DNA of 64,000 nt from Alphaproteobacteria bacterium (GTDB lineage Bacteria; Pseudomonadota; Alphaproteobacteria; GM7ARS4; G965262615). Positions 1 through 10,796 of this stretch are shown in pieces (the first letter of the stretch is position 1; each line of letters begins with the position of its first letter). The DNA lies in the NCBI GenBank assembly GCA_965262615.1, contig OZ253545.1, positions 192,001 to 256,000 of the forward strand, read 5' to 3'. The translations under genes and the position numbers were made by a program. The notes under the pieces were generated by a model. The model was given only the letters and a program-made list of their open reading frames with translations, was not told the origin of the DNA and ran no database searches.

Positions 1-1215
1 GATTTCGCGTGTCTTGATTTGTTTTTCCACATCGTCACTGACCACACCTTTCTGCAACCATGTATTGCTGTCATCGTGCAACAATCCCATCAATTGAGCC
101 GCCGCCAATCCCTGCTGGGCATCATCGCCTCCCTTGCTCATATAATCATGCACCAAGCTCAATGCCAATGACACATTCAAATCATCCGCCAATGCCGCCA
201 TCACATCGGGCGCGAGCGATGCCGCGTCATCACACACCATCTGCCCCTTCATGCGATACAGAGAATCCAAAAAGCGTTCCGCTTCCTGCAACTGATGATG
301 AGAACAATCCAACGGCTTGCGATAATGGGTCATCAACAAAAAAAGACGCAGCACCTCACCCTGCCACTCTTGCAACAATTCCCCCACGCCACGCACATTG
401 CCCAGCGATTTAGACATCTTCTCGCCATCACAGGTGACATATCCGTTATGAACCCAAAAGCGCGCCATCGTGTCCGTTCCCACACACGCACAGCTTTGGG
501 CGATTTCATTTTCGTGATGGGGAAAAATCAAATCCTGCCCGCCGCCGTGAATATCAAAGGGCGTGTCCAGATAGTGATGGCTCATGGCGGAACATTCAAT
601 GTGCCATCCCGGACGCCCCCTGCCCCACGGGCTATCCCATCCCACCTCGTCATCGCTTGATGGCTTCCACAGGACAAAATCACGGGCATCTTTTTTATAC
701 TCCTCCACCGCCACACGCGCCCCCGCCTGCATGGATGCCTCCTCCCGCTTGGACAGCACCCCATATCCATCCCATGACGACACCGCAAACAACACATGAT
801 TTTCCGCCTCATAAGCATGACCCCGTGCCAACAATTGCTGAATCATGGTGACCATCATGTCAATGTGCTGTGTGGCGCGCGGTTCAACATCAGGAGGCAA
901 CACGCATAGTGATGCCATGTCCTCATGAAACAGCTGCGTCATGCGGTGGGTCAGAGCATCAATGGGCTCGCCACGCTCACGCGCCGCCGTCATGATTTTA
1001 TCATCCACATCGGTAATGTTGCGCACATAAGTCACCCGCTCATAGAAGTGACGCAACAAGCGCACCAATAAATCAAACACCACCACAGGACGACCATTGC
1101 CAATGTGCGCCCTGTCATACACCGTGGGCCCACACACATAGACGCGCACATGGGAATCATCCAGTGGCACAAAAACCTCTTTTTTGCCGCTCAATTGATT
1201 GTGCAGCCGCAGCAT
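1..1215 (-). CDS. cysS: Cysteinyl-tRNA synthetase (3' end runs off the window)
   Basis: Manual translation from ATG at 1215: MLRLHNQLSGKKEVF...YVCGPTVYDRAHIGNGR...NITDVDDK...GRPGWHIECSAM...DIHGGGQDLIFPHHENE. Not in the ORF track because it is truncated. Confidence 0.96.
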   Translation of the reverse strand, partial: MLRLHNQLSGKKEVFVPLDDSHVRVYVCGPTVYDRAHIGNGRPVVVFDLLVRLLRHFYERVTYVRNITDVDDKIMTAARERGEPIDALTHRMTQLFHEDMASLCVLPPDVEPRATQHIDMMVTMIQQLLARGHAYEAENHVLFAVSSWDGYGVLSKREEASMQAGARVAVEEYKKDARDFVLWKPSSDDEVGWDSPWGRGRPGWHIECSAMSHHYLDTPFDIHGGGQDLIFPHHENEIAQSCACVGTDTMARFWVHNGYVTCDGEKMSKSLGNVRGVGELLQEWQGEVLRLFLLMTHYRKPLDCSHHQLQEAERFLDSLYRMKGQMVCDDAASLAPDVMAALADDLNVSLALSLVHDYMSKGGDDAQQGLAAAQLMGLLHDDSNTWLQKGVVSDDVEKQIKTREI

Positions 1216-2576
1216 CACGCCTCCTTTGCCACATGAGCCAGTCGGGCGGCAACTTGCTCACGCCCCAGCAGCTGCAAAATATCCGACAAGGCGGGACCAT
1301 CGGTGCGTCCCGTCAAAGCCAGACGCAGCGGCATCATCATGGCTCGCCCCTTGCGCTGCGTGGCTGCACTCACCCCATCAAGCCATGCCTGCCATGACGC
1401 GCTCTCATGATCTTGTGCCAATTGATGCGCCGTCACAAAAAAAGACCTGTCCTCTGACAATGGATTTGCATACCGCCAGTTGCCATCATGAATGATGCCA
1501 TCCCACTGTTTGATGTCATCAAAATAGCGCACATTATCACGCATCACCCGCCACAATGATTGGACTCGTCTTTCGTCCCATGACGGCAACAATGCTCTGA
1601 GGCGTGATGCCACATCAGCAAAATCCATGCGATGCAGCAACGATTCATTGACGCTGGCAAAATGACGCTCACTCAATTGCAATGGTGCGCGCGAGACATG
1701 CGTCAAATCAAAGGAATCAATCAATGCCGTCATGGTATTGTGTGCCACCAGCTGTTGCGCTCCGCCCAATCCCGCCAGCACATTGGCGACCGTCATGGCT
1801 TCATAGCCTCTGTCACGCAATGCCCGCAGCGACCACTGCTGATGAGAGCCATCGCGCTTGGACAAATTACGCCCCCCCTCACCCACCACCAATCCCACAT
1901 GACTGAATTGCGGCTCATTCAATTGCAGGGCGCGCGCCATATCCAATTGGGCGGCGGTGTTGGTGAGATGGTCTGACCCTCTGATGACATGAGCAATGGT
2001 CATGGCATCATCATCCACCACCGACAAAAGCAGATAGAGCATTGAGCCATCGCTGCGGCGAATGACAGGGTCAGACAATTCACTCAGTGCCACATTCATG
2101 TCGCCAAAAACGCCGTCATGCCAGCCGACGCTTCCTTCGCTCAAGACAAAACGCCAATGAGGCGCATCGCCGCGCTGCTCTCGCTTTTGCTTTTCTTGCG
2201 GCGATAAAAAATCCTTGTTGTAGCGCGGCGGCTGCTTGAGCTTGATGTGCATACGGCGCATGGTGTTCAATTCCTCCGCCGTCTCGTAACACGCATACAC
2301 CCGCTCCATCTGCCGCAAGCGTTCAAATGCCGCCTCATAGTGCGCGGTGCGATCCTTTTGCTGACATTCCTCATCCCACGCAATGGCGAGCCAGTTCAAT
2401 TCGTCTCTGATTGCCTGATAGGCATCCGCCTGCACCTTGCTGGCATCGGTGTCATCAAAGCGCAGCACAAATCGCCACCCGCGTTCACGCGCCAGCAGAA
2501 AATTGAGCAATGCCACCCGTCCATTGCCTGCGTGCAGCGCGCCACTGGGCGCGGGAGCAAAACGAACGCCGCTCAT
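1215..2576 (-). CDS. gltX: Glutamyl-tRNA synthetase
   Basis: RFAPAPSGALHAGN (HIGH-like), LRFDDTD, VIRGSDH and LSKR (KMSKS-like) motifs. Confidence 0.93.
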   Translation of the reverse strand: MSGVRFAPAPSGALHAGNGRVALLNFLLARERGWRFVLRFDDTDASKVQADAYQAIRDELNWLAIAWDEECQQKDRTAHYEAAFERLRQMERVYACYETAEELNTMRRMHIKLKQPPRYNKDFLSPQEKQKREQRGDAPHWRFVLSEGSVGWHDGVFGDMNVALSELSDPVIRRSDGSMLYLLLSVVDDDAMTIAHVIRGSDHLTNTAAQLDMARALQLNEPQFSHVGLVVGEGGRNLSKRDGSHQQWSLRALRDRGYEAMTVANVLAGLGGAQQLVAHNTMTALIDSFDLTHVSRAPLQLSERHFASVNESLLHRMDFADVASRLRALLPSWDERRVQSLWRVMRDNVRYFDDIKQWDGIIHDGNWRYANPLSEDRSFFVTAHQLAQDHESASWQAWLDGVSAATQRKGRAMMMPLRLALTGRTDGPALSDILQLLGREQVAARLAHVAKEA

Positions 2577-4201
2577 AGAAAATCCTCCCCGCCGTTGATG
2601 ATGGGATACCGCCTGTCACGACCCAAATGACACGATGTCACCTTCACCCCAGGCGGCGATTGCCGCCTCTTGTGTTCCGAACGCAACAACAAATGACGCA
2701 CCCGAATGGCATCCTGCTTGGAAATTCCTCGCTTTACCAAATCATCAAGCGGCGAATTTTGCTCCAGAAAACCGTGCAAAATGGCATCCAATTGGTCATA
2801 GGGCATGAGGTCATCCTCATCTTTTTGTTGCGGAATCAATTCCGCACTGGGCGGCTTGGTCAAAATGGCATCGGCAATCACCAAGCCTTTCTTGCCCAGT
2901 CCGCCCTGAGGATGATGATCATTGCGATAGCGCGCCAAAAGGCGCACGCGCGTTTTATACACATCCTTAAGAGGCGCAAAAGCTCCGCTCATATCACCAT
3001 AAAGAGTGGTGTAGCCCACGGCACTCTCCGACTTATTGCTGGTGGCAAGCAACAGGGCGTTGTTCTCATTGGCAAACATCATCAACAGGGTGGCTCTGAT
3101 GCGCGCCTGCAGATTTTGTGCCGCCACACTTCGCTCATCCAGCCCGCCATAAGACTGCAAAAACGCCTCATACGCTTCGTGAATGGTCATGGTGGAAGAT
3201 GTGATTCCCAAATTATCCGCCATTGCTTGAGCATCGGTGAGAGTCTGGGGCGAGGTCACCATGGATGGCAGAATGATGGCATGCACCTGCCCTGCTCCCA
3301 GCGCATCCACCGCCAGTGTCGCCGTCAAGGCAGAGTCCAAGCCCCCCGACAAACCCAGCACCACCGACCGATACCCACTCTTGCCCACATAGTCACGAAT
3401 GGCAATCATCACGGCATGATAATCCATCGCCACCTCGTCTTGGTGTGGCTCTGCAGTGTGAGTTTCAAAAGAAGAAGGCATGAGGTCATCGTGCCATGCC
3501 TGTCCGTGCCACAGCAACCTGCCATCACCCGCCAGACAAAAGGAATTGCCATCAAACACCAGTTCGTCCTGTCCGCCCCATTGATTGACATACACCAGCG
3601 GCAAGCCCGTCTGCTCCACGCGCTGGCGTGCCACCTGCCTGCGTCTTTGCTGTTTGCCGCACTCATGGGGAGAGGCATTCATGGACACCAACAATTCCGC
3701 TCCTTGTGTGTGCAAAAAAGCGGCTCTTTTCTCACCCCATAAATCCTCACAAATCAAGACTCCAAAACAATGCTCACCAATGGTGAGAGGTTTTTGGTCA
3801 TGAGGGGCGGCGGTGAAGACTCGTTTTTCATCAAACACACCCTCATTGGCAAGGCGGTGTTTGAAGACCGCATCCCCCACCGTTCCATGATGCAACAACA
3901 CCGCCCCATTATAACACCCATCGTTGTGCAACAATGGCGCACCCACCAGCACCGCTATATCAGACGGCAACGCACGCGCAAGCAATTGCAAGCACTCATG
4001 AACCCTTGCAATAAAAGACGGACGCAACAACATATCTTCCGCCGTATATCCCACCAGTGCCATCTCGCTGGTGACCATCAACGAAGCATTCATGGCGGCA
4101 CTGCGGCGCGCGCCATCAAGAATGATGGCACTGTTTCCCTCTAAGTCGCCGACAGTCATGTTGGCTTGCAGGGCGGTCATGGGCACAGGCAGCGCGCTCA
4201 T
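2573..4201 (-). CDS. nadE: Glutamine-dependent NAD+ synthetase
   Basis: Nitrilase domain (ICEDLW, FDEKR) plus SGGLDS, NLQARIR, NKSE, GYTTLYGD, PPSAEL. Confidence 0.95.
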   Translation of the reverse strand: MSALPVPMTALQANMTVGDLEGNSAIILDGARRSAAMNASLMVTSEMALVGYTAEDMLLRPSFIARVHECLQLLARALPSDIAVLVGAPLLHNDGCYNGAVLLHHGTVGDAVFKHRLANEGVFDEKRVFTAAPHDQKPLTIGEHCFGVLICEDLWGEKRAAFLHTQGAELLVSMNASPHECGKQQRRRQVARQRVEQTGLPLVYVNQWGGQDELVFDGNSFCLAGDGRLLWHGQAWHDDLMPSSFETHTAEPHQDEVAMDYHAVMIAIRDYVGKSGYRSVVLGLSGGLDSALTATLAVDALGAGQVHAIILPSMVTSPQTLTDAQAMADNLGITSSTMTIHEAYEAFLQSYGGLDERSVAAQNLQARIRATLLMMFANENNALLLATSNKSESAVGYTTLYGDMSGAFAPLKDVYKTRVRLLARYRNDHHPQGGLGKKGLVIADAILTKPPSAELIPQQKDEDDLMPYDQLDAILHGFLEQNSPLDDLVKRGISKQDAIRVRHLLLRSEHKRRQSPPGVKVTSCHLGRDRRYPIINGGEDFL

Positions 4202-5568
4202 GATGGTGAGTGGGATGCCCCTATTTTATCCACAATCAAAAATGCCAATTCCAACGCCTGATGAGCATTGAGGCGGGGATCACAATAAGTTTCATAGCGA
4301 TTGGCAAGGGTGTCATCGGCAATGCCCTGACCGCCACCGATACATTCGGTGACATCCTCGCCCGTCATCTCAACATGAATACCACCCAAAGGAATCCCTT
4401 CCGCCGCCACAATATCGGTAAAGGCACTCAGCTCCGCCAAAATATAATCAAACGGACGCGTCTTGTAACCGCTTTGACTCTTGATGGTATTGCCATGCAT
4501 GGGGTCACACATCCAAATGACGCTGCGTCCCTCTTTCTTCAAACGGCGCACCAAAGACGGCAATGATTTTGCCACCTTCTCATGTCCCATGCGACAAATG
4601 AGAGTCAATCTGCCCTCTTGGTTGTGAGGATTGAGAATATCCACCAGCCGTATCAATTCATCCTCCGTCATCTGGTCGCTCACCTTGACCCCCAGAGGAT
4701 TGACAATGCCTCTGGCAAACATCACATGTGCGCCATCCACCTGACGAGTGCGCTCGCCAATCCATACCATGTGAGCCGACGAATTATAAAATCCTCCCGA
4801 ATGAAGAGGGCGCGTCATGGCTTCTTCATAGGGCAGCAACAATGCCTCGTGCGAGCTGTAAAAGCGCACCTCATTGAATTCGCGCACCCGTGCCATCGGC
4901 ACACCACACGCCTTCATAAAGGCAATGGATTCGCTAATCTTATCGGCGGTCTTGGCAAAGCGTAGCCCCACAGGACTCTCCTTGATGAACTGCAACATCC
5001 ATCCGTGCACCGTCTCCAACGATGCCGACCCGCGCGCCGCCATAGAACGCATCATATTGAGGGTGGCGGCGGCATGCTCATATCCCTGCCGCATCCGATG
5101 TGGATCATGACGGCGAGCCTCAGCATCAAACTCAATGCCATTGACCATGTCACCCAAATAGCTGGGAAGAGTGATGCCGTCTCGCTTCTCGGTGGGGCTG
5201 GAGCGCGGCTTGACATACTGTCCCGCCACGCGCCCCACCTTCACCACAGGCTTGAGCATCCCCGCCATCAGCGCAATGGTCATCTGCATGAAGGCTTTGA
5301 AATTATGACGCACCACATCCTCGCGGGCATCGGCAAAAGTCTCGGCACAATCTCCGCCCTGCAACAACATCGCCTCCCCGCGCGCCACCAAGGCGAGATC
5401 CTCACGCAACGCTTCAATCTCACGATAAGACACCAGCGGCAGTGCCTCTTCCAAACCTCCCACCACTGATGCCAAAACCTTCTCATCCTCATAGGACGGC
5501 TGATGGCGAGCCTCATAATCTCGCCATCCATCTTTGCGCCACGAATTTTGCTCATGCATATTCTTCAT
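4198..5568 (-). CDS. Class II DAHP synthase
   Basis: LLQGGDCAE, GRVAGQYVKPRS, WIGERTRQ, CDPMHGNT, CDPRLN; start codon estimated. Confidence 0.95.
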   Translation of the reverse strand: MKNMHEQNSWRKDGWRDYEARHQPSYEDEKVLASVVGGLEEALPLVSYREIEALREDLALVARGEAMLLQGGDCAETFADAREDVVRHNFKAFMQMTIALMAGMLKPVVKVGRVAGQYVKPRSSPTEKRDGITLPSYLGDMVNGIEFDAEARRHDPHRMRQGYEHAAATLNMMRSMAARGSASLETVHGWMLQFIKESPVGLRFAKTADKISESIAFMKACGVPMARVREFNEVRFYSSHEALLLPYEEAMTRPLHSGGFYNSSAHMVWIGERTRQVDGAHVMFARGIVNPLGVKVSDQMTEDELIRLVDILNPHNQEGRLTLICRMGHEKVAKSLPSLVRRLKKEGRSVIWMCDPMHGNTIKSQSGYKTRPFDYILAELSAFTDIVAAEGIPLGGIHVEMTGEDVTECIGGGQGIADDTLANRYETYCDPRLNAHQALELAFLIVDKIGASHSPS

Positions 5569-5672
5569 AATAAATTCATCATACCCATTGAATTGACAAA
5601 AAAATAGCTCTACATACCCACTTAATGCACGGGGGAGACTGTTCAACCAACAACCCTCAAGGAGTTAATCCT

Positions 5673-6170
5673 ATGTCCCAGACTCAAAACCCCACCTCAA
5701 AGTGCTTGGTGGCTTCCGTCTTGTTGCTGTGCTCTGCTTTGCTCGTCCCTCACAATGGTCATACCATGAACCACGGGGGGCACGGTGATGACATGATGGA
5801 GATGAAAAGCATGATGAAAAAAACGAAAGGCATGGATATGATGATGCCCATGGTAGAAATGCCCGCTAACATGTCCAAAAAAGACTTTCCCAAAAACTCC
5901 ATCATGATGATGATGACACCATCAGGGGAAAAAGCTTTTGTGCCTTGGTATCTCACCAACAGCTTCAAATCCATGATGAGAATGGATGATGACGACATGG
6001 CACAAGGTGTCATGATGCGCATGGATAATGGCGAGTTTGCCTTTGTTCCGTGGTATCTCGCTCCTCAATTCTCCATGACCATGACCAAAAAAATGGACAT
6101 GATGAGGGGAATGGAAATGATGGAAGGCGATGACATGTCTTACATGTTCGTGCCTTGGTATAGACAATAA
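5673..6170 (+). CDS. Secreted methionine-rich protein with three FVPWY repeats, function unknown
   Basis: AAGGAG RBS before ATG 5673; hydrophobic signal-like N-terminus; 35 Met in 165 aa. Confidence 0.8.
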   Translation: MSQTQNPTSKCLVASVLLLCSALLVPHNGHTMNHGGHGDDMMEMKSMMKKTKGMDMMMPMVEMPANMSKKDFPKNSIMMMMTPSGEKAFVPWYLTNSFKSMMRMDDDDMAQGVMMRMDNGEFAFVPWYLAPQFSMTMTKKMDMMRGMEMMEGDDMSYMFVPWYRQ

Positions 6171-6233
6171 CCACCCCATCTGGATGAAGGAAAGCCCGTG
6201 AGATGATGAATCTTGCGGGCTTTCTTTTTGGTC

Positions 6234-7586
6234 TCACATGAGCCACTCCTCGCCGGTCGTGGGATGGATGCCAATGCACGCCGCCACTGTCTGTGTGGTG
6301 ATGCCTCCTGCCAGTGCGATTGCCAATCCTTGCATGATTTCAGGGGCATCCGTACCCAGCATGTGAAATCCGAGAATGCGTCCATCACGATGAGCAACCG
6401 TCTTGAGCAGTGCCTCATGATGCTGTGCCGTCATGTCATGATGGCGATGAAGGCTATACTGCAACGGCTTGAATTGATTCTTTGTGATTTCAACATCTTT
6501 TTTGCCATAACGTTGCTGAGCCTGGCGTTCGGTGAGTCCCACCGTTGCCAAAGGCGGATGACTAAAAACAGCCGTGGGCACTTGTTCATAGTCAAAGGGC
6601 GGCATGGGGCATCCTTGCCAATGGGCAACCAGACGCTCCGCCTCACGAATGGCAACGGGAGTCAGAGCCAGCCGTCCCACCACATCGCCAATGGCATACA
6701 CAGACGGCTCAGAGGTTTGATAGTGCTCATTGACCTTGATCGTGCCTCCATCATCGGTGGCAACGGCGACTTGATGCAAAGCATCAGTGTTGGGATCCCG
6801 TCCAATGGCTGCCAGCACGCAATCTGTCTCTATTGTTGAAGGCGATGACGCACCTGAGAGTGTCACACGCAAGTGAGAGTCAGTTTTCTCAATGGTTGCC
6901 ACCTGCGATTGCGTCAGCACCGTGATGCCTTTATCCACCATTGCGGTGTGCAATCGGGCGGCGATTTCATGATCAAAGGCTTGCAGCAATGCCTCTCCAC
7001 GATGAATCATCGTCACCGCCACGCCCAATCCATGCACAATGCACGCCATCTCCACCGCAATATAACCGCCCCCCACCACCACCATGCGAGAGGGCAATGT
7101 CGGCAAATGAAACACATCGTCCGAGACAATGCTGTGCTCATGCCCCTCACACGGCAACCGACGAGGAACGCCCCCTGTGGCAATCAAAATGCGCGTGGCT
7201 TCAATAAGCTCACCGTCACAACGCACATGGTGAGCATCGTGCATCTGAACCTCATGACGATAGATGGTCACTCCTGCTTTGTGCAACAGGTCATCATAAA
7301 TGCCATTGAGCCTTTTGATTTCTTTATTCTTGTTTTTTTGCAATGTCTGCCAGTGACAGTGCAGCGTTCCTTGCAATCCCAATGGTTGAGCATCTTGGGC
7401 TGCCTCTTGGTAATGAGCGGCAAAGGAATACAGTTTTTTGGGGACACAGCCCCGATTGACGCATGTGCCGCCGAATTCACGCCCGTCACTGATGGCGGTT
7501 TTCAATCCTGCCTCGCTGGCGCGCCGAGCCGCGCGCACACCGCCTGAACCCGCTCCAATGACAAAAACATCATACTGTTTCATCAT
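6234..7586 (-). CDS. gor: Glutathione reductase
   Basis: GAGSGG, GGTCVNRGCVPKK redox disulfide, GGGYIA, C-terminal GIHPTTGEE. Confidence 0.93.
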   Translation of the reverse strand: MMKQYDVFVIGAGSGGVRAARRASEAGLKTAISDGREFGGTCVNRGCVPKKLYSFAAHYQEAAQDAQPLGLQGTLHCHWQTLQKNKNKEIKRLNGIYDDLLHKAGVTIYRHEVQMHDAHHVRCDGELIEATRILIATGGVPRRLPCEGHEHSIVSDDVFHLPTLPSRMVVVGGGYIAVEMACIVHGLGVAVTMIHRGEALLQAFDHEIAARLHTAMVDKGITVLTQSQVATIEKTDSHLRVTLSGASSPSTIETDCVLAAIGRDPNTDALHQVAVATDDGGTIKVNEHYQTSEPSVYAIGDVVGRLALTPVAIREAERLVAHWQGCPMPPFDYEQVPTAVFSHPPLATVGLTERQAQQRYGKKDVEITKNQFKPLQYSLHRHHDMTAQHHEALLKTVAHRDGRILGFHMLGTDAPEIMQGLAIALAGGITTQTVAACIGIHPTTGEEWLM

Positions 7587-9382
7587 TCCACCGTGACGGA
7601 TTTGGCAAGATTGCGCGGGCGGTCAATATCATTTCCTCGCACCAATGCCGTCTCATAGGCAATGCGCTGAATGGCAATGGCATACACAACAGGCGCGATA
7701 AACGGCGGCACTGTGGGAAGAATAACGCTTGCTTTTGTCAGATGCTGGGCTTGGCGCGCGCCCTCATCATCGGTGATGAAAATCAAATCGCCGCCGCGCG
7801 CATGAATTTCCTCAGCATTGGACAGAGTTTTGGCAAAAAGAGAATCATTGGGAGCAATGACAATGACGGGAACGCCCTCTTCAATCAATGCCAGTGGTCC
7901 ATGTTTCAGCTCTCCCGCCGCATAGGCTTCCGCATGAATGTAGGAAATCTCCTTGAGCTTGAGCGCACCCTCCGCCGCAATGACCCAATGAACCCCCCGT
8001 CCCACATACAGCACATAGGGCGATTGATGAATCAATTGAGCCACATGCCGCTCATTGCTGTCACGGCTCAACACATCCCCAATCAGAGCGGGCAACTGGG
8101 ACAGTTCTTGCGTGACGGCACTCACACAAGAAGATTTCTCGCGCGCCGCTGCCGCCTGCAGCACCAGCCACAACAAACACACCAATTGGGATGTGAAGGC
8201 TTTGGTGGAGGCAACGCTCATTTCTGTGCCGGCATGCGTCTGCAAAAGATGACTTGCCTCACGCGCCAGCGTGGATTGCGCCACATTGACAATCGCCCAT
8301 GAATCAATCTGTTCTTCTTTCATTTTTTGTTGCGCGGCGATGGTGTCGGCGGTCTCTCCCGATTGAGATATGAGAATACCCAGCACATCCGCCCCGCCCT
8401 GATGGCTTTTATAGCGATACTCCGATGCCACCTCGCACTGTGTCACCAACCCTGCCATTTCCTCAAAAAAGTAGGATGCCGCCAATCCCGCATGGTAGGC
8501 AGTGCCGCATCCCACAAGCATCAAACGCCGCAATGATTGCCAATCAATGGAGGGCGAATGAGCGGGCAATTCTTGCAAAACTTTACGCAAGACATTCTCC
8601 TGTTCAAAAATTTCTTTTTGCATGTAATGGTCAAACGCGCCCAAGCCCAAATGATAGCTTTGCACCCGCTCACTGGTCTTGGGCAATGGCACCGATTGTG
8701 TGTGTTCGTGTAGTTGCATGGCCTCAATGCCCAAGCGCATCCATTGGTCATCTTTGAGATACATCAGTCGGCTGATGGAATCCGGCAAGGCGATGGCATC
8801 GGATGCCATCGCCACCATGCCATCGCCCACGCCCACCACCAACGGCATGGATTTTCTCGCTCCCCACACGGTGTGTTCATCGTCACGAGACATCATGACA
8901 ATGGCGTATGATCCCTGCAAAAGAGCCAAAGTCTCGCACAAAGAGTCTTCAATGCTCGCCTCACGACTTCTAAAATGATGCAATAAATGCACAATGATTT
9001 CAGAATCGGTCTCACTGCGAAGTTCAAGGGGTGCGTCTTGTTCTTTTTCTAGCCACCCCTTGAGATGAGCGGCATTTTCAATAATGCCATTGTGCACGAT
9101 GGCAAACGAACCCGACACATGAGGATGAGCGTTTTGCTCACTGACTTTGCCATGAGTCGCCCAACGGGTGTGACCAATTCCCACATGGCCTTTGGCGACA
9201 CGAGGCTCAATGGTTTGTGTCAAATGCTTCACACTGCCCACAGCGCGATGGCACATGATGTCACCTTGATGCAACAAGGCGATGCCTGCCGAATCGTAGC
9301 CGCGATACTCCATGCGCGCCATGCCTTGCAGCAACGGCTGCCAGACATCATGGCTGTTGATCATCGCAATAAGGCTACACAC
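7583..9382 (-). CDS. glmS: Glutamine-fructose-6-phosphate aminotransferase
   Basis: GTG start gives N-terminal catalytic Cys; EYRGYDSAG, GHTRWATHG, SQSGETAD, PRNLAKSVTVE. Confidence 0.97.
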   Translation of the reverse strand: MCSLIAMINSHDVWQPLLQGMARMEYRGYDSAGIALLHQGDIMCHRAVGSVKHLTQTIEPRVAKGHVGIGHTRWATHGKVSEQNAHPHVSGSFAIVHNGIIENAAHLKGWLEKEQDAPLELRSETDSEIIVHLLHHFRSREASIEDSLCETLALLQGSYAIVMMSRDDEHTVWGARKSMPLVVGVGDGMVAMASDAIALPDSISRLMYLKDDQWMRLGIEAMQLHEHTQSVPLPKTSERVQSYHLGLGAFDHYMQKEIFEQENVLRKVLQELPAHSPSIDWQSLRRLMLVGCGTAYHAGLAASYFFEEMAGLVTQCEVASEYRYKSHQGGADVLGILISQSGETADTIAAQQKMKEEQIDSWAIVNVAQSTLAREASHLLQTHAGTEMSVASTKAFTSQLVCLLWLVLQAAAAREKSSCVSAVTQELSQLPALIGDVLSRDSNERHVAQLIHQSPYVLYVGRGVHWVIAAEGALKLKEISYIHAEAYAAGELKHGPLALIEEGVPVIVIAPNDSLFAKTLSNAEEIHARGGDLIFITDDEGARQAQHLTKASVILPTVPPFIAPVVYAIAIQRIAYETALVRGNDIDRPRNLAKSVTVE

Positions 9383-10694
9383 GATTTTTTCTCTTTTTAT
9401 TGAGTTGTGGCGCACGCGCAATGGCGAGATGATTGTGATTCACATCCTGCGTGATGACACTGCCCGCGCCCACCACCGCACCATCGCCGATGGTGACGGG
9501 AGCAATCAATGATGCATGAGACCCCACAAACGCCTGTGCGCCAATGTGAGTCTCGTGTTTATTCCTGCCATCGTAGTTGCATGTGATGACGCTCGCGCCA
9601 ATGTTGCTGCTCGCGCCAATGGTGCAATCTCCCAGATAGCTCAAGTGCGCGGCTTTGACCTCTTCATCCATCTTTACATTCTTGCCTTCCACAAAATTGC
9701 CAATGCGTGAGGCGCGTCCAATGGTGGAATGACCGCGCAGACGGGCAAAAGGTCCAATCTCGCAGTGTTCGCCAATATGCACATCGGCGAGATGACAAAA
9801 AGAATGAATCGTGACATTCTGCTCACACACCACGCCTTGTCCCATAAACACAAAGGGATGCACAACAACGCCCGACCCCCACTGGGTATCGGCGGCAAGA
9901 GAAACCAATTGCGGTTGTGGCATCATGACATGATGCTGACTCGCTCGCAATCGCTGTTGCATCAGGGTTTCGGCTTGCTGCCATTGATTGATGTCATTGA
10001 CTCCTTGCACGATGTCTTCGTCCCCCTCGCACAGTGTCAGTGCATAATCGGATTGTTGCGCCAACAGACTGATCACTTGCGTGAGATAATACTCCCCCGT
10101 CACGGGGCTGGGGGTGATGTCATTCATCACCCGATGTAAGCGACTCCCCGCCACCATCATGATGCCGGCATACACAAGGGGGATTGTTCTGCTTTTGTCA
10201 TCACAGTCTTTTTCCTCAATAATGGCGACTGCCTTGCCGCGTTTGTCACACATGACTCGTCCATATCCCACATTGGAGCGCGGTGTCATGACCGCCAGCA
10301 CGCCGTTTGTCGCCGATGATTCACTCACAAGGCGCGTTAAAAAATCACTGGTGATGAGAGGCATATCGGTGGGCACGATGAGAACATCATTGATGCCGTG
10401 ATGCTCAGTGATGGCGGCAAGTCCTGTCTGCACGGCATCCGCCGTTCCTTGTGGTGATGGCTGAACGGCAATCACATCGCCTTGTGTGCCATATTCTTGT
10501 TCCATGCGTGATTGGTCATCGGGATGACAGACAATGACAATGCTCTGTGGCGGGTTTGTCATGCCCAACAGTGCTTGACGCACATGCCAAATCATGGGAC
10601 ACGCCGCCAGAGGAACGAAGGCTTTGCCGCGTCCACCACTCAGACGCTGCCCGCGCCCTGCCGCCAAAATCATTGCTGCGTAAGGAGATGCCAT
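9375..10694 (-). CDS. glmU: Bifunctional UDP-GlcNAc pyrophosphorylase / glucosamine-1-P acetyltransferase
   Basis: ILAAGRGQR, GYGRV, EYYLT, GPFARLR, HLSYLGD, TCNYDG, hexapeptide repeats; adjacent to glmS. Confidence 0.95.
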   Translation of the reverse strand: MASPYAAMILAAGRGQRLSGGRGKAFVPLAACPMIWHVRQALLGMTNPPQSIVIVCHPDDQSRMEQEYGTQGDVIAVQPSPQGTADAVQTGLAAITEHHGINDVLIVPTDMPLITSDFLTRLVSESSATNGVLAVMTPRSNVGYGRVMCDKRGKAVAIIEEKDCDDKSRTIPLVYAGIMMVAGSRLHRVMNDITPSPVTGEYYLTQVISLLAQQSDYALTLCEGDEDIVQGVNDINQWQQAETLMQQRLRASQHHVMMPQPQLVSLAADTQWGSGVVVHPFVFMGQGVVCEQNVTIHSFCHLADVHIGEHCEIGPFARLRGHSTIGRASRIGNFVEGKNVKMDEEVKAAHLSYLGDCTIGASSNIGASVITCNYDGRNKHETHIGAQAFVGSHASLIAPVTIGDGAVVGAGSVITQDVNHNHLAIARAPQLNKKRKNRV

Positions 10695-10796
10695 AAAAAC
10701 CGCTTCTAACACATTCTTTTTGCCAAAAAAAAGCAGACAAAAGTTACATTCTGTAATGATTGCATCACCCATTTTTGCGGTTTAGGATGACCCATA

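Noticed and set aside
2627-3742. Long antisense ORFs (also 34952-35977, 40919-41776 and 51539-52387)
   Set aside because: These are shadow frames opposite well-supported housekeeping genes.
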